Assembly: GCA_038227875.1 (NCBI GenBank)
Contig: JBBRPR010000089.1
Coordinates: forward strand, 1-26,919
Length of the DNA stretch: 26,919 nucleotides
Direction: 5' to 3'
From: Planctomycetota bacterium
GTDB lineage: Bacteria; Planctomycetota; SZUA-567; H5-PLA8
The notes under the pieces were generated by a model, which did not search any database, was not told the origin of the DNA, and was given only the letters and a program-made list of their open reading frames with translations. The position numbers and the translations under genes are program-made. Positions 10,119 through 18,126 of the stretch are shown piece by piece. How positions within the stretch are numbered: the first letter of the stretch is position 1; each line of letters opens with the position of its first letter.

Positions 10119-10787
10119 ATGCCAGAATGGAAGTCGCTGTATTTTGATTCCATAAACTCGTCCAATTCGTCATGGTGGTCAGAGGGCGGCGAGAAAGTTT
10201 ACATCGAAGACAATCGCCTTTACATGTTCGCCAATCCACCCATGAAAGCGGATCGTCCAGTAACGGACGGCGGCGTCTGCACCGCCTGGTGCAAAGAACT
10301 GTTGCCGGCCAATCTATCGCTTGAATTCGAGGCGCACGTGATCTCCTCGTCCATCGATGCCAACAACATCAATCTGTTCTTTTGCTATGCGGACCCTAGC
10401 GGTAAACCGCTCTACGACACGCGCCACGAACGCGCCGGCGCCGGATATGATCGCTATCACATGCTGAACGGACACATCATCACGTTTATTAACGGCAACG
10501 AAGCCGGCAGTCCCCGCGCCGAAGACGGCGGTTTCAAAGCCCGCGTGCGCATCCGACGCTGTCCGGGCTTTCAGCTTCTGTCCGAATCCTTCACCGGCCG
10601 CTGCCGCCTGGGCGAAACGTACGCGATTCGCGTCACCAGGCGCGACGGCACTATCGCCTTTTCCGTAAATGGCGCTGAGTATCTACGCGCAACGGATCCC
10701 AACCCGCTCCCCGGTGGCTTGCTGGGACTGCGGACGTTTCAGACGCGATTATGGTGGAGCAACATCCGATTTCGCGCCGATGTCTAG
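10119..10787 (+). CDS. YesU/DUF1961-like concanavalin-fold protein
   Basis: WWSEGG, LSLEFEA, NNINLFF, RIRRCPGFQL, DPNPLPGGLLGLRTF...WSNIR pattern. GAGAGG RBS. Confidence 0.75.
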   Translation: MPEWKSLYFDSINSSNSSWWSEGGEKVYIEDNRLYMFANPPMKADRPVTDGGVCTAWCKELLPANLSLEFEAHVISSSIDANNINLFFCYADPSGKPLYDTRHERAGAGYDRYHMLNGHIITFINGNEAGSPRAEDGGFKARVRIRRCPGFQLLSESFTGRCRLGETYAIRVTRRDGTIAFSVNGAEYLRATDPNPLPGGLLGLRTFQTRLWWSNIRFRADV

Positions 10788-10790
10788 CAG

Positions 10791-10970
10791 CTAGTGTAGT
10801 GTCTCACGAACGACTGGAGTTATTTGCTCTTTTTTCGTGACGCGACGGGGTGCATCCTTTGTTGATCTTTTCCAGAGTTTGGCGACAGCGTTTGAGTTTT
10901 TCAACGATGGAATCGACTATCGCTGTCCAGATGAACGGTTTGGATTGCTGGTTCCAAGCCGCCTGGAATT
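10791..10970 (-). mobile_element. Second IS630-family remnant (transposase C-terminus and right end)
   Basis: AAWNQQSKPFIWTAIVDSIVEKLKRCRQTLEKI matches the IS630 C-terminal NxxPKPFxWT motif. The end reads GACACTACAC-TAG at 10791-10803. Confidence 0.75.
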
Positions 10971-10974
10971 CGTT

Positions 10975-11044
10975 ATCCCACACCTTGATCCCTTCGGAGC
11001 CCCAATGCCAGCGTTTTGCCATCGGGATCAAATGGGATTGCAGT
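10975..11044 (-). pseudogene. Single degenerate WD40-repeat fragment
   Basis: With one 1-nt frameshift in a G run it reads TAIPFDPDGKTLALGSEGIKVWD. Confidence 0.5.
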
Positions 11045-11326
11045 GAAATTCTCAGCAAAAGCCAGGCGGAAGTCGTGATCCTCGGCTTCGCGCATCAAAA
11101 TCCCGGCGCAGAAAGTTCTGTCTTTGAAATGTCTTGTCGTAAAAAATACAACTCATGACCACTTTCATAAATATATGTCATTACTAAAGTTGCGTTTTAA
11201 ATTGACAAGCTCGACAAAGAATTTTGCCAGAAATCTCAGCCTAACTCTTAATTGGCGGACTAAGACTAATGAAGGCGGCGAATGTGATTGAAAATTCGCC
11301 CATTGCAACGCGATAGTGGGACTACA

Positions 11327-12889
11327 ATGGCAACACGCGAACAGTTTACTACCCGAGTTCCTGTCAGCATGCGTGATCACCCATCAGACCTCGAACTCAT
11401 CCAGTCAATTGCTCTTGATCGCGATCGCGTCGCATTTGATGATCTATTTTTGCGCCATAAGGATCGCGCTTTCGGTCTCGCGTACCACATCCTCCAGAAC
11501 TCCGCTTTGGCGGAAGAGGCTGTTCAGGAAGCAATGCTTGCCGTTTGGCTTGCGCCCAAGTTGGACCGCGCCGACCAGAACGTGCCCGCGTGGTTGCTGC
11601 GAATCGTGGCGATAAAGAGCATGAACGTCCGACGCGGTCGCAAACGACAATCGAGCCGCGAAGCGCGTATTTCGCGAAACGATGTTGTGCCCGATTCGGA
11701 ATTGACGGACAACGCAGAACGCGGTGAAACTCTCGAAATCGTCCGGCGGCATTTTCAGGAACTTCCAGAGCTGGATTCCCAACTACTGGCCTGCTGCTTC
11801 GGCGCGAACTTGACGCATCAACAAATCAGTGACCTTCTCGGCATTCCCCGGCGTACAATCACGGGCCGCATCCAGCAGGCGTTGGAACAGTTGCGTGCCC
11901 GCCTTTCGAACAGCGGCGTTGCGCTGATCATGCCATTGCTGAGCACCGAATTGATTCACGAAGCCCTGACGACGGGACATAGTTGCCCGCCCGTGCAGCT
12001 CGTCCTTCCGTCCAAACTGCCAATCCGCTCGCGTAGCATTCGGCATTTGTCAAAAGCGACGTCGAAATCAGGAGTGGTAGTAGTGGGGGGGGCGCTGGCG
12101 GCCGTTGTGATCGCGGCCGTTGCGATAAACAGCGGAATTACGGCTTCCTCGCAGAAGTCGCCCCAGCCTGAGTCTCCGCCGGCCGCAGCGGCTGCCCCAG
12201 TCGTTGCCGGGTCAGAACAAATCAAAGCAGTGGCCGGCACGGCGCCCCCTGAGCCCGCCAGGATTCCAACGCCTGCCGAGACCGGGTCGCAGACTTCGCC
12301 CGCTGGGCCTCAATCGATCAACCGGCATTGGAACTTCAAGGAGGAGCCCGAGAATCTCGACATCCAAATTGTCGATAAGAATTGGGTGTGGGGTCGTCGG
12401 GTTGGTCGCGGTGCGATGGTTTCAGGCAACGGCGATCCTGTAATAGCCATACTTCCCGTCACCATACATCAACAGAGTTGCAAACTGACTTTCAAAATAA
12501 CTCCCAGCGCGAATTCTTTCAGCGTGGAAGTCGGGTGTTTGGATGGCGCGGTCTATCAGCCCAACACATTCTGGCAAACTATCACCGCAATAGACAAAAA
12601 AGAGAAGCTGACGACGACGCTGCTGATTACGCGGGGGGAATGTGTGCAATTGTTCAATGATCATTTAAACAACCACCGTAAATTTGACCGGGATTGGCCA
12701 GGCGATCATCTGCTGATCGGATTCCGGAACGTGGCCGTCGAAGAGATCACGCTTCAAACCATTTCCGATGAAGACGCCGCCAATGAATTCAAGCGCTTAG
12801 AGCCTGAGATTCGCGAGATCCATAAGCTGAAAAGCGAACGATGTCCGTTGCAAACGCTGCCCCAATATGCGCAGCATCTACAGCAATGA
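11327..12889 (+). CDS. ECF sigma-70 factor with a transmembrane helix and C-terminal extracytoplasmic domain
   Basis: Sigma2 (AFDDLFLRH..AEEAVQEAMLAVW..AWLLRI), sigma4 (LPELDSQLL..LTHQQISDLLGIPRRTITGRIQQA), TM segment VVVVGGALAAVVIAAVAI, a Pro/Ala linker and a beta-rich C-domain. Start is uncertain (11288, 11327 or 11369). Confidence 0.9.
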   Translation: MATREQFTTRVPVSMRDHPSDLELIQSIALDRDRVAFDDLFLRHKDRAFGLAYHILQNSALAEEAVQEAMLAVWLAPKLDRADQNVPAWLLRIVAIKSMNVRRGRKRQSSREARISRNDVVPDSELTDNAERGETLEIVRRHFQELPELDSQLLACCFGANLTHQQISDLLGIPRRTITGRIQQALEQLRARLSNSGVALIMPLLSTELIHEALTTGHSCPPVQLVLPSKLPIRSRSIRHLSKATSKSGVVVVGGALAAVVIAAVAINSGITASSQKSPQPESPPAAAAAPVVAGSEQIKAVAGTAPPEPARIPTPAETGSQTSPAGPQSINRHWNFKEEPENLDIQIVDKNWVWGRRVGRGAMVSGNGDPVIAILPVTIHQQSCKLTFKITPSANSFSVEVGCLDGAVYQPNTFWQTITAIDKKEKLTTTLLITRGECVQLFNDHLNNHRKFDRDWPGDHLLIGFRNVAVEEITLQTISDEDAANEFKRLEPEIREIHKLKSERCPLQTLPQYAQHLQQ

Positions 12890-13030
12890 GGATCAACGCA
12901 TGGCTCATTGCCCTGCGTTGATCTGAAAGGGCCGAGCAGCCTACGTTAAGCCAGTTCAATTGGATGCATCGCACTCCACGCCGCCAGGCGCGGCTGGAGA
13001 CACATTGTCTCAATGTGAAAGGAATCCTGC

Positions 13031-13933
13031 ATGTCCGCACAGGAAGACGCAACAGTTCTCGGCATCCCGCAATCTAGCGCTGCGCGCCGGCCCTCCGCAA
13101 TTTCTCAAATTCTGCGAAAAATCAGTGTTGATATGGATGCTTCGAAAGTCGATTGGGATTTGTCGGGCGATGACGATCCGCAGAACCAGTTCCGAATCAT
13201 CGTCGCCGCGGATCGTCAGACACGCAGTCGCGCGTACGCGCTGGCGCATCGCGTCTACCAGGAATCCGGGCTTGCCGCCGCTGCCCGCGGCATGATTGTC
13301 GCGCCCTACGACGCTCGGCCGCACACGCTCACGCTGCTTGCCGTGGATGAACAGGGGCATGATGCCGCCACGATCTCCGTCGTGATAGACTCGCCCGGCG
13401 GTCTGCCTGCCGATGAGATTTACGGCCAGGAATTGACCGCCTTGCGCACAGATGGCCGACTTGCCGCCGAGGTAACGCGGTTGGCGATCAGCAAGGAGCA
13501 CAAGGGTTCTCGGCTCCTGCTCGTGCGCCTCTTCAACTTCATCTATGTCTATGCGCGGCGGGTCTCTGGGTTGGACGATTTTGTCATAGAAGTCCATCCC
13601 CGCCATGTCAGTTATTACCAACGGCTACTGCTTTTCCGTCCGATCGGTCCAGAGAAGCCATGTCCACGTGTAAAGAATTCTCCAAGCGTGCTGCTGCGGC
13701 TGAAATTTGCCGAGAGCGATTCGGTGATCCGGCGTTATGGCGGGAAGCGCTCCGCGGCAGCCTCCGACGGTGAACGGTCGCTCTATCCTTTCTTCTATTC
13801 ATGGCTCGAGGAAGGCGCCGTCGCCGAATTCCTGTCACGTCAGCATCAGCCGATGCACGACGCGGATATCCACTATTTCGGGCTTCATACCCTTGCCTCC
13901 GAGCCGGCGCCAATAGCCGCCGCCGGTGAATAA
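13031..13933 (+). CDS. FeeM/NasY-type N-acyl amino acid synthase (GNAT fold)
   Basis: AYALAHRVY..G, TISVVIDSPGGLPADEIY, EVTRLAI, LFNFIY, FVIEVHPRHVSYYQRLLLF..G..PCPRV..P..LL. AAAGGA RBS. Confidence 0.88.
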   Translation: MSAQEDATVLGIPQSSAARRPSAISQILRKISVDMDASKVDWDLSGDDDPQNQFRIIVAADRQTRSRAYALAHRVYQESGLAAAARGMIVAPYDARPHTLTLLAVDEQGHDAATISVVIDSPGGLPADEIYGQELTALRTDGRLAAEVTRLAISKEHKGSRLLLVRLFNFIYVYARRVSGLDDFVIEVHPRHVSYYQRLLLFRPIGPEKPCPRVKNSPSVLLRLKFAESDSVIRRYGGKRSAAASDGERSLYPFFYSWLEEGAVAEFLSRQHQPMHDADIHYFGLHTLASEPAPIAAAGE

Positions 13934-14004
13934 ATTTAGAGCGGCCGGGCTGGGAAAATTGAATTCCGGTGAACGGCCACAACTCAAACATTAAGGACGG
14001 CGCC

Positions 14005-14544
14005 ATGTTAACGAAGTGTCTTGCCAGCAACGGAAGCGATGCTCCAATTCCGGAGGAACACCTGCTGACGGCCATCCGCCGCGCACTCCTGCGACTGCCC
14101 ATGCTCGACCGGCAATTGATCGCGCTGCATTTTGGCGGAGGTCTTTCGCATAGCCAGATCGCCCAGGCACTGGCGCTGCCGCATCCGCTGATCGGCCATC
14201 GGTTGCGCGCGGCCCTGAGTGGGATGAATTCTCATCTTGAGCGCGAAGGCGTAACAGAGCCGGTCAGTTGCAATTCCGTGGGCCATGCTGTCACCAGCGG
14301 AATGCCCGCTCCAGTCGGCCTTCATGAGAAGATTCAGCAGCGCATTTCAATCGCGATCCGCAATGCCGGCGGGTTGCGGCGTGAAATCGGAATTTCCAGC
14401 CGTTTCGTGATTGTTCTGGCCGTTTACATCAGTGCCTGCGCCCACCCAGAGGAGCCACAACCATGCACCCCTCCAGTTTTGACTACGAGCTCGCCTTCTC
14501 CCGCAACATCGGCCTTGTCAGCCAGCACGAGCAGGACCGACTGA
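14005..14544 (+). CDS. Sigma-70 region-4-only protein, paralogous to the upstream ECF
   Basis: ALLRLPMLDRQLIALHFGGGLSHSQIAQAL..IGHRLRAAL with no sigma2. AAGGA RBS before ATG 14005. The 3' end overlaps thiF by 82 nt. Confidence 0.7.
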   Translation: MLTKCLASNGSDAPIPEEHLLTAIRRALLRLPMLDRQLIALHFGGGLSHSQIAQALALPHPLIGHRLRAALSGMNSHLEREGVTEPVSCNSVGHAVTSGMPAPVGLHEKIQQRISIAIRNAGGLRREIGISSRFVIVLAVYISACAHPEEPQPCTPPVLTTSSPSPATSALSASTSRTD

Positions 14545-15392
14545 AAAAGTGCTGCGTTGCATTGCCTGGGTTAGGGGGCGTCGGTGGCGCCCATCTGCAG
14601 ACACTGGCTCGCATGGGCGTGGGCGCGTTTCGGCTTGCCGATCCTGACACCTTTGACGTTGTGAATTTCAATCGCCAGCTCGGCGCGACAATCAACACGA
14701 TTGGCCGCAATAAGGCGGAGGTCATGGCAGAGGCCGCGCGCATAATCAATCCGGACGCCGATCTCCGTGTGTTTACGGACGGCATCACGAAAGAGAACAT
14801 CGACGCGTTTCTCGCCGGCGTCGATGTGGTGGTCGACGGCATTGAGTTCTTTTCTATGGCAACCCGTCGGATGCTTTATCGCGCGTGTGAAGCGCGTGGC
14901 ATACCGGTGGTGACGGCCGGACCTATTGGTTTCGGAGCGGCCGTCTTAGTTTTTCTGCCGGGACAGACCAGTTTCGATAGGCATTTTGGAATTGACGACG
15001 AACTGACGCGGGCGGAGCAGTTGCTGGCGTTCGCTCTGGGACTGACGCCTGGAATCGTCAGCGACGTGGATCCGTCGCGCGTCGACCTTGCCGGTCAGAA
15101 AGGACCCGCGCTGGCGTCTGCGTGCATGCTTTGCGCCGCAACGGCAGCGACAGAGGTCCTGAAAATCGTCTGTCGGCGCGGCAAACCGCTGGCCTCGCCG
15201 CGCGGCGTTTATTTCGACCCGTTCCGCGGCCGGACCTGTAGCCTGCGTCCGCGTCCATCATTGCGTTCGCTGCGCGGACGCGTGTTACGCTGGATCGCGT
15301 TTCGCCGGTTTCCGGAGTTTCGGCGGATGCACGACCAGGAGATGCAGGCCCGCGGTTCGGGCCTGCACGCTGCCGTTCCGACAAGTCGATAG
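14463..15392 (+). CDS. ThiF/E1-like adenylyltransferase (non-MoeB type)
   Basis: AFSRNIG..EQDRL, GLGGVGG, DPDTFDVVNFNRQ, K, VVVDG. Lacks the MoeB Zn-binding CxxC motifs. GAGGAG RBS. Confidence 0.92.
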   Translation: MHPSSFDYELAFSRNIGLVSQHEQDRLKKCCVALPGLGGVGGAHLQTLARMGVGAFRLADPDTFDVVNFNRQLGATINTIGRNKAEVMAEAARIINPDADLRVFTDGITKENIDAFLAGVDVVVDGIEFFSMATRRMLYRACEARGIPVVTAGPIGFGAAVLVFLPGQTSFDRHFGIDDELTRAEQLLAFALGLTPGIVSDVDPSRVDLAGQKGPALASACMLCAATAATEVLKIVCRRGKPLASPRGVYFDPFRGRTCSLRPRPSLRSLRGRVLRWIAFRRFPEFRRMHDQEMQARGSGLHAAVPTSR

Positions 15393-15434
15393 GTGTCGTG
15401 GCGCCCATTTCCCGCACGAGCGGAGACCGATGCG

Positions 15435-16586
15435 ATGATTGATAATTTACCGATCACCCATGCCATGCACTCGACCAGGCCAGACACCTTAGACGTGTTG
15501 CACGCGATGGCGGAAGCGGCCTCGCGGGCACCGTCCGGCGATAACCTTCAGCCCTGGACGTTTGTGATAGACGCAAAATCCCAATGCCTGGAAGTATGGC
15601 TAGAAACACACTCGGACCCTTCGTCGCTCAATCCAGGACAGCGCATGTCACTCATCGCTTGCGGCTCGGCGATCGAGTGCGCGGCTTGCATCGCGGACGA
15701 TTACGGCTGGACCACGGACGTCCAACTTGCAGCGCCGTGCGAGGTTCTCCCAGCGGAGCGGTTGCCGGTCGCCCGTGTGTATCTGCGCGAATCCGTGGGT
15801 CGCGGTCCGTGTAGAATATTTCAGCGGTTGATAGACGCGCGCACAACCAATCGGCATCTTTATGACTGCTCGCAAGTCGCCGCCGACACACTCACGACGC
15901 TTCTGCGCGAAACGCTACAGTTCGGCACCGCGTCCGTTTGCTGGATTACAGAGCGAAATCAGATCAATGCTTGCGCGCGCCTGGCCGCTGACGCAGATGT
16001 CATGCTATTCAGCGAGGACTCCATGCGCCGCGCTTTCCTGAAAAACGTTCGGTTCGATCTGCCGGCGCGTGCACCCGCGGAGCGTGGTTTACCACTGGGC
16101 GCACTTGAGATTTCGGCATTTGAACGTCTGACCCTTCGCTCCCTCTGCTTCACGCCAGACTGGCTGTTCAAGCTGACGCCTGCGCCGTGGCTGTTTGCCC
16201 GCTATGCCAGCAGATTGGTGCGAAGCGCGTCAGGACTTTGCATCGTTTCAACTCTCGGTGCGAGGCAGGCGGAACTTTCAGCGGGTCGCGCGATGCTTCG
16301 CGCGTGGCTGGCGCTCACCGCACAAGGCATGGCTGTGCACCCAATGATGTCTGGAATAGCGATGACGCAAGCGATTGAGTCTGGGTCGCCGGAACTCATT
16401 CGCTCCCTGGGATTGGAAAAGCTGCGCGCGTACGTCACCGATTTCCGCGCCACGCTGGCCATGCTGGGCGTCAAAGGCTCGCCGCAATTCCTCATGCGCT
16501 TTGGCCGCGCGGCGGCGCCAACAGCACGAACATGCCGAATGCCGCTGGCCGCATTGCTCCGCGCACCACAAGGGCCCAACCCATGA
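15435..16586 (+). CDS. Nitroreductase-family (Acg-like tandem domain) flavoprotein
   Basis: RAPSGDNLQPW, ACGSAIE, RTTNRHLY, AGRAMLRAWLALTAQGMAVHPM and RFG motifs. GGAG lies 9 nt before ATG 15435. The frame is open from 15393. Confidence 0.88.
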   Translation: MIDNLPITHAMHSTRPDTLDVLHAMAEAASRAPSGDNLQPWTFVIDAKSQCLEVWLETHSDPSSLNPGQRMSLIACGSAIECAACIADDYGWTTDVQLAAPCEVLPAERLPVARVYLRESVGRGPCRIFQRLIDARTTNRHLYDCSQVAADTLTTLLRETLQFGTASVCWITERNQINACARLAADADVMLFSEDSMRRAFLKNVRFDLPARAPAERGLPLGALEISAFERLTLRSLCFTPDWLFKLTPAPWLFARYASRLVRSASGLCIVSTLGARQAELSAGRAMLRAWLALTAQGMAVHPMMSGIAMTQAIESGSPELIRSLGLEKLRAYVTDFRATLAMLGVKGSPQFLMRFGRAAAPTARTCRMPLAALLRAPQGPNP

Positions 16587-16932
16587 TCTCCATCGGCTGG
16601 CGCAGTCTTCCCGGCAAGAAAGCACAACTTAACATTGCACAACTCAACACTGAGGTGGCCAATGCGAACGTACGAAGAAGTCGACGCGCTGATTGAGCTG
16701 ACGCGGTCCTTTTATGCCGAGTGTGCAGCGTTTCGCACCGCCAGTGCGGAGGGGCGCCTCTCCCCGGCTGAGGACGCGAAGGTTCAGCGCCGGCTCGAAC
16801 GAATGGATGCGCGTATCGAGGGGTTCAAGGGTAACAACGAGCTCGAGCGCTGCAGAGCAAAAAATTTCATAAACATTATTCCGATGACGCCGTTTGGCCG
16901 GAAGGCGGCACGATGATCTCCATCGGCTGGCG
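16583..16932 (+). repeat. Perfect 20-bp direct repeat ATGATCTCCATCGGCTGGCG (16583-16602 and 16913-16932)
   Basis: Directly visible. It duplicates the first 20 nt of the permease gene. Confidence 0.92.
16662..16916 (+). CDS. Small hypothetical helical protein (84 aa)
   Basis: GAGG RBS before ATG 16662. The stop overlaps the permease start (ATGA). Confidence 0.6.
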   Translation: MRTYEEVDALIELTRSFYAECAAFRTASAEGRLSPAEDAKVQRRLERMDARIEGFKGNNELERCRAKNFINIIPMTPFGRKAAR

Positions 16933-17662
16933 GAACCTAAAGCGTGATCCGACGCGGTGCGCGATTGCCGTGCTCGGAGTTGTATTCGCCGTCGTTCTGG
17001 TCACCGTTGAAGTCGGCATGCTGCTGGGTCTAGTCCGCAACGCGTCGCTGCTGATCGATCAATCTAGGGCGGATTTGTGGGTCTCGACCGTTGACGTCAA
17101 GACGTTCGACTTTGCGACGCCGATCGATCAGCGCAAGCGTTATCGCATCGAAGCGGTCCCTGGGGTGGAGCGAGTTGAAGAATTCAACGTCTCATACAGC
17201 ATCTGGAAACTGCCCGGCGGCGGCAACGCCAACTGCCAGGTGATCGCCATGGACGACGGCGGCCAGCTGGCCGCGCCGCTTAATCTATGCGCAGGCAGCG
17301 TCGAGGCGCTGCATAATCAAGACGCAGTCATTATCGATGAGGGTGAACGCGCAAAGCTCGGTAATCCAAATCTCGGCGAAACCGTTGAAGTGTTGGGGCA
17401 TCGCGCGAAAATTGTCGGCTTCACGCGTGACACACGCTCGTTCACGACGACGCCTTTTGTCTTCTGCTCGCTGCGCCGTGGCGTCAAATACGGCGACCTG
17501 CTTCACGATAACAGCGGCATCTCCATCTATTTTCTGGTGAAGGTCAAGCCCGGTTTCGATCGTGAGTCCGTTCGCGCGGCAATCGCCGGCGCCATCCCTG
17601 ACATTGAAGTTCACACACGCGAGGGATTCAGTTGGCGCACGCGCAGCTATTGGCTGATCGAG
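16913..17662 (+). pseudogene. ABC transporter permease (DevC/FtsX/MacB type), truncated before the C-terminal TM helices
   Basis: WRNLKRDPTR..IAVLGVVFAVVLV, ADLWV and a periplasmic domain ending at RSYWLIE (~aa 250). The ORF runs on to 17908 through hydrophilic, unrelated sequence. Confidence 0.82.
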
Positions 17663-18126
17663 CAACTAAGAGTATTTCATTTAAGATCAAAGCCGGAGCG
17701 AAGACGATATCGGGGAAGTAGCGTTGCGGTAGAAAAATCTGATCTATCGGAACGGCCCAAATCAAAAAGCAGAACATGCTCGCCAATCACGGCATTCGAG
17801 GCTCCGGTAATCTGGGGGACCTCGTTTGACTTGATCCGTACGATGCTTTTTCGGCGGGGAGGTTCACGCCACTGCCGAGTTCAAGCGACTTCGTCATCGG
17901 CGGGTTGAGCCGCTTGTCGTGTTCGGCGACAGCGTCATAAGTTTCTCAAGGCAGATAATCGGCCCCGAGTTCGCTGCTTTGAATTGTCGAGTCTCCAAGA
18001 AAGACCGGTTGCCCGAACGCCGCATTAGTCATCATTCTTGACGATAGACGTATTCGTTCGGATGCCAATCATTGCATTCGAAACTCCGAGACGAACTACG
18101 GGCTCACTGGGTAGGACGCGCGCCAA

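Noticed and set aside
11202..11230. Sigma70 promoter at TTGACA 11202
   Set aside because: There is no acceptable -10 hexamer at 16-18 nt spacing, so only AT-richness supports it.
13031..13933. LuxI acyl-homoserine lactone synthase
   Set aside because: It lacks the LuxI N-terminal R..VF...W and E.D..D motifs. It has the FeeM-type DSxxGLP, ExxRLA and VxPxH motifs instead.
15390..15392. Genome-wide amber recoding or pyrrolysine at the ThiF TAG
   Set aside because: TAG serves as a normal stop elsewhere in the window (10787, 18606), no pyl genes are visible, and the downstream ORF has its own RBS.
14463..15392. ThiF as MoeB/thiamine enzyme, ubiquitin-like (CBASS/Bil) E1 or RiPP maturase
   Set aside because: There are no Zn CxxC motifs, no Gly-Gly sulfur carrier or Ubl, no E2/JAB or YcaO, and no clear precursor peptide. 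The context with an N-acyl synthase and nitroreductase fits better.
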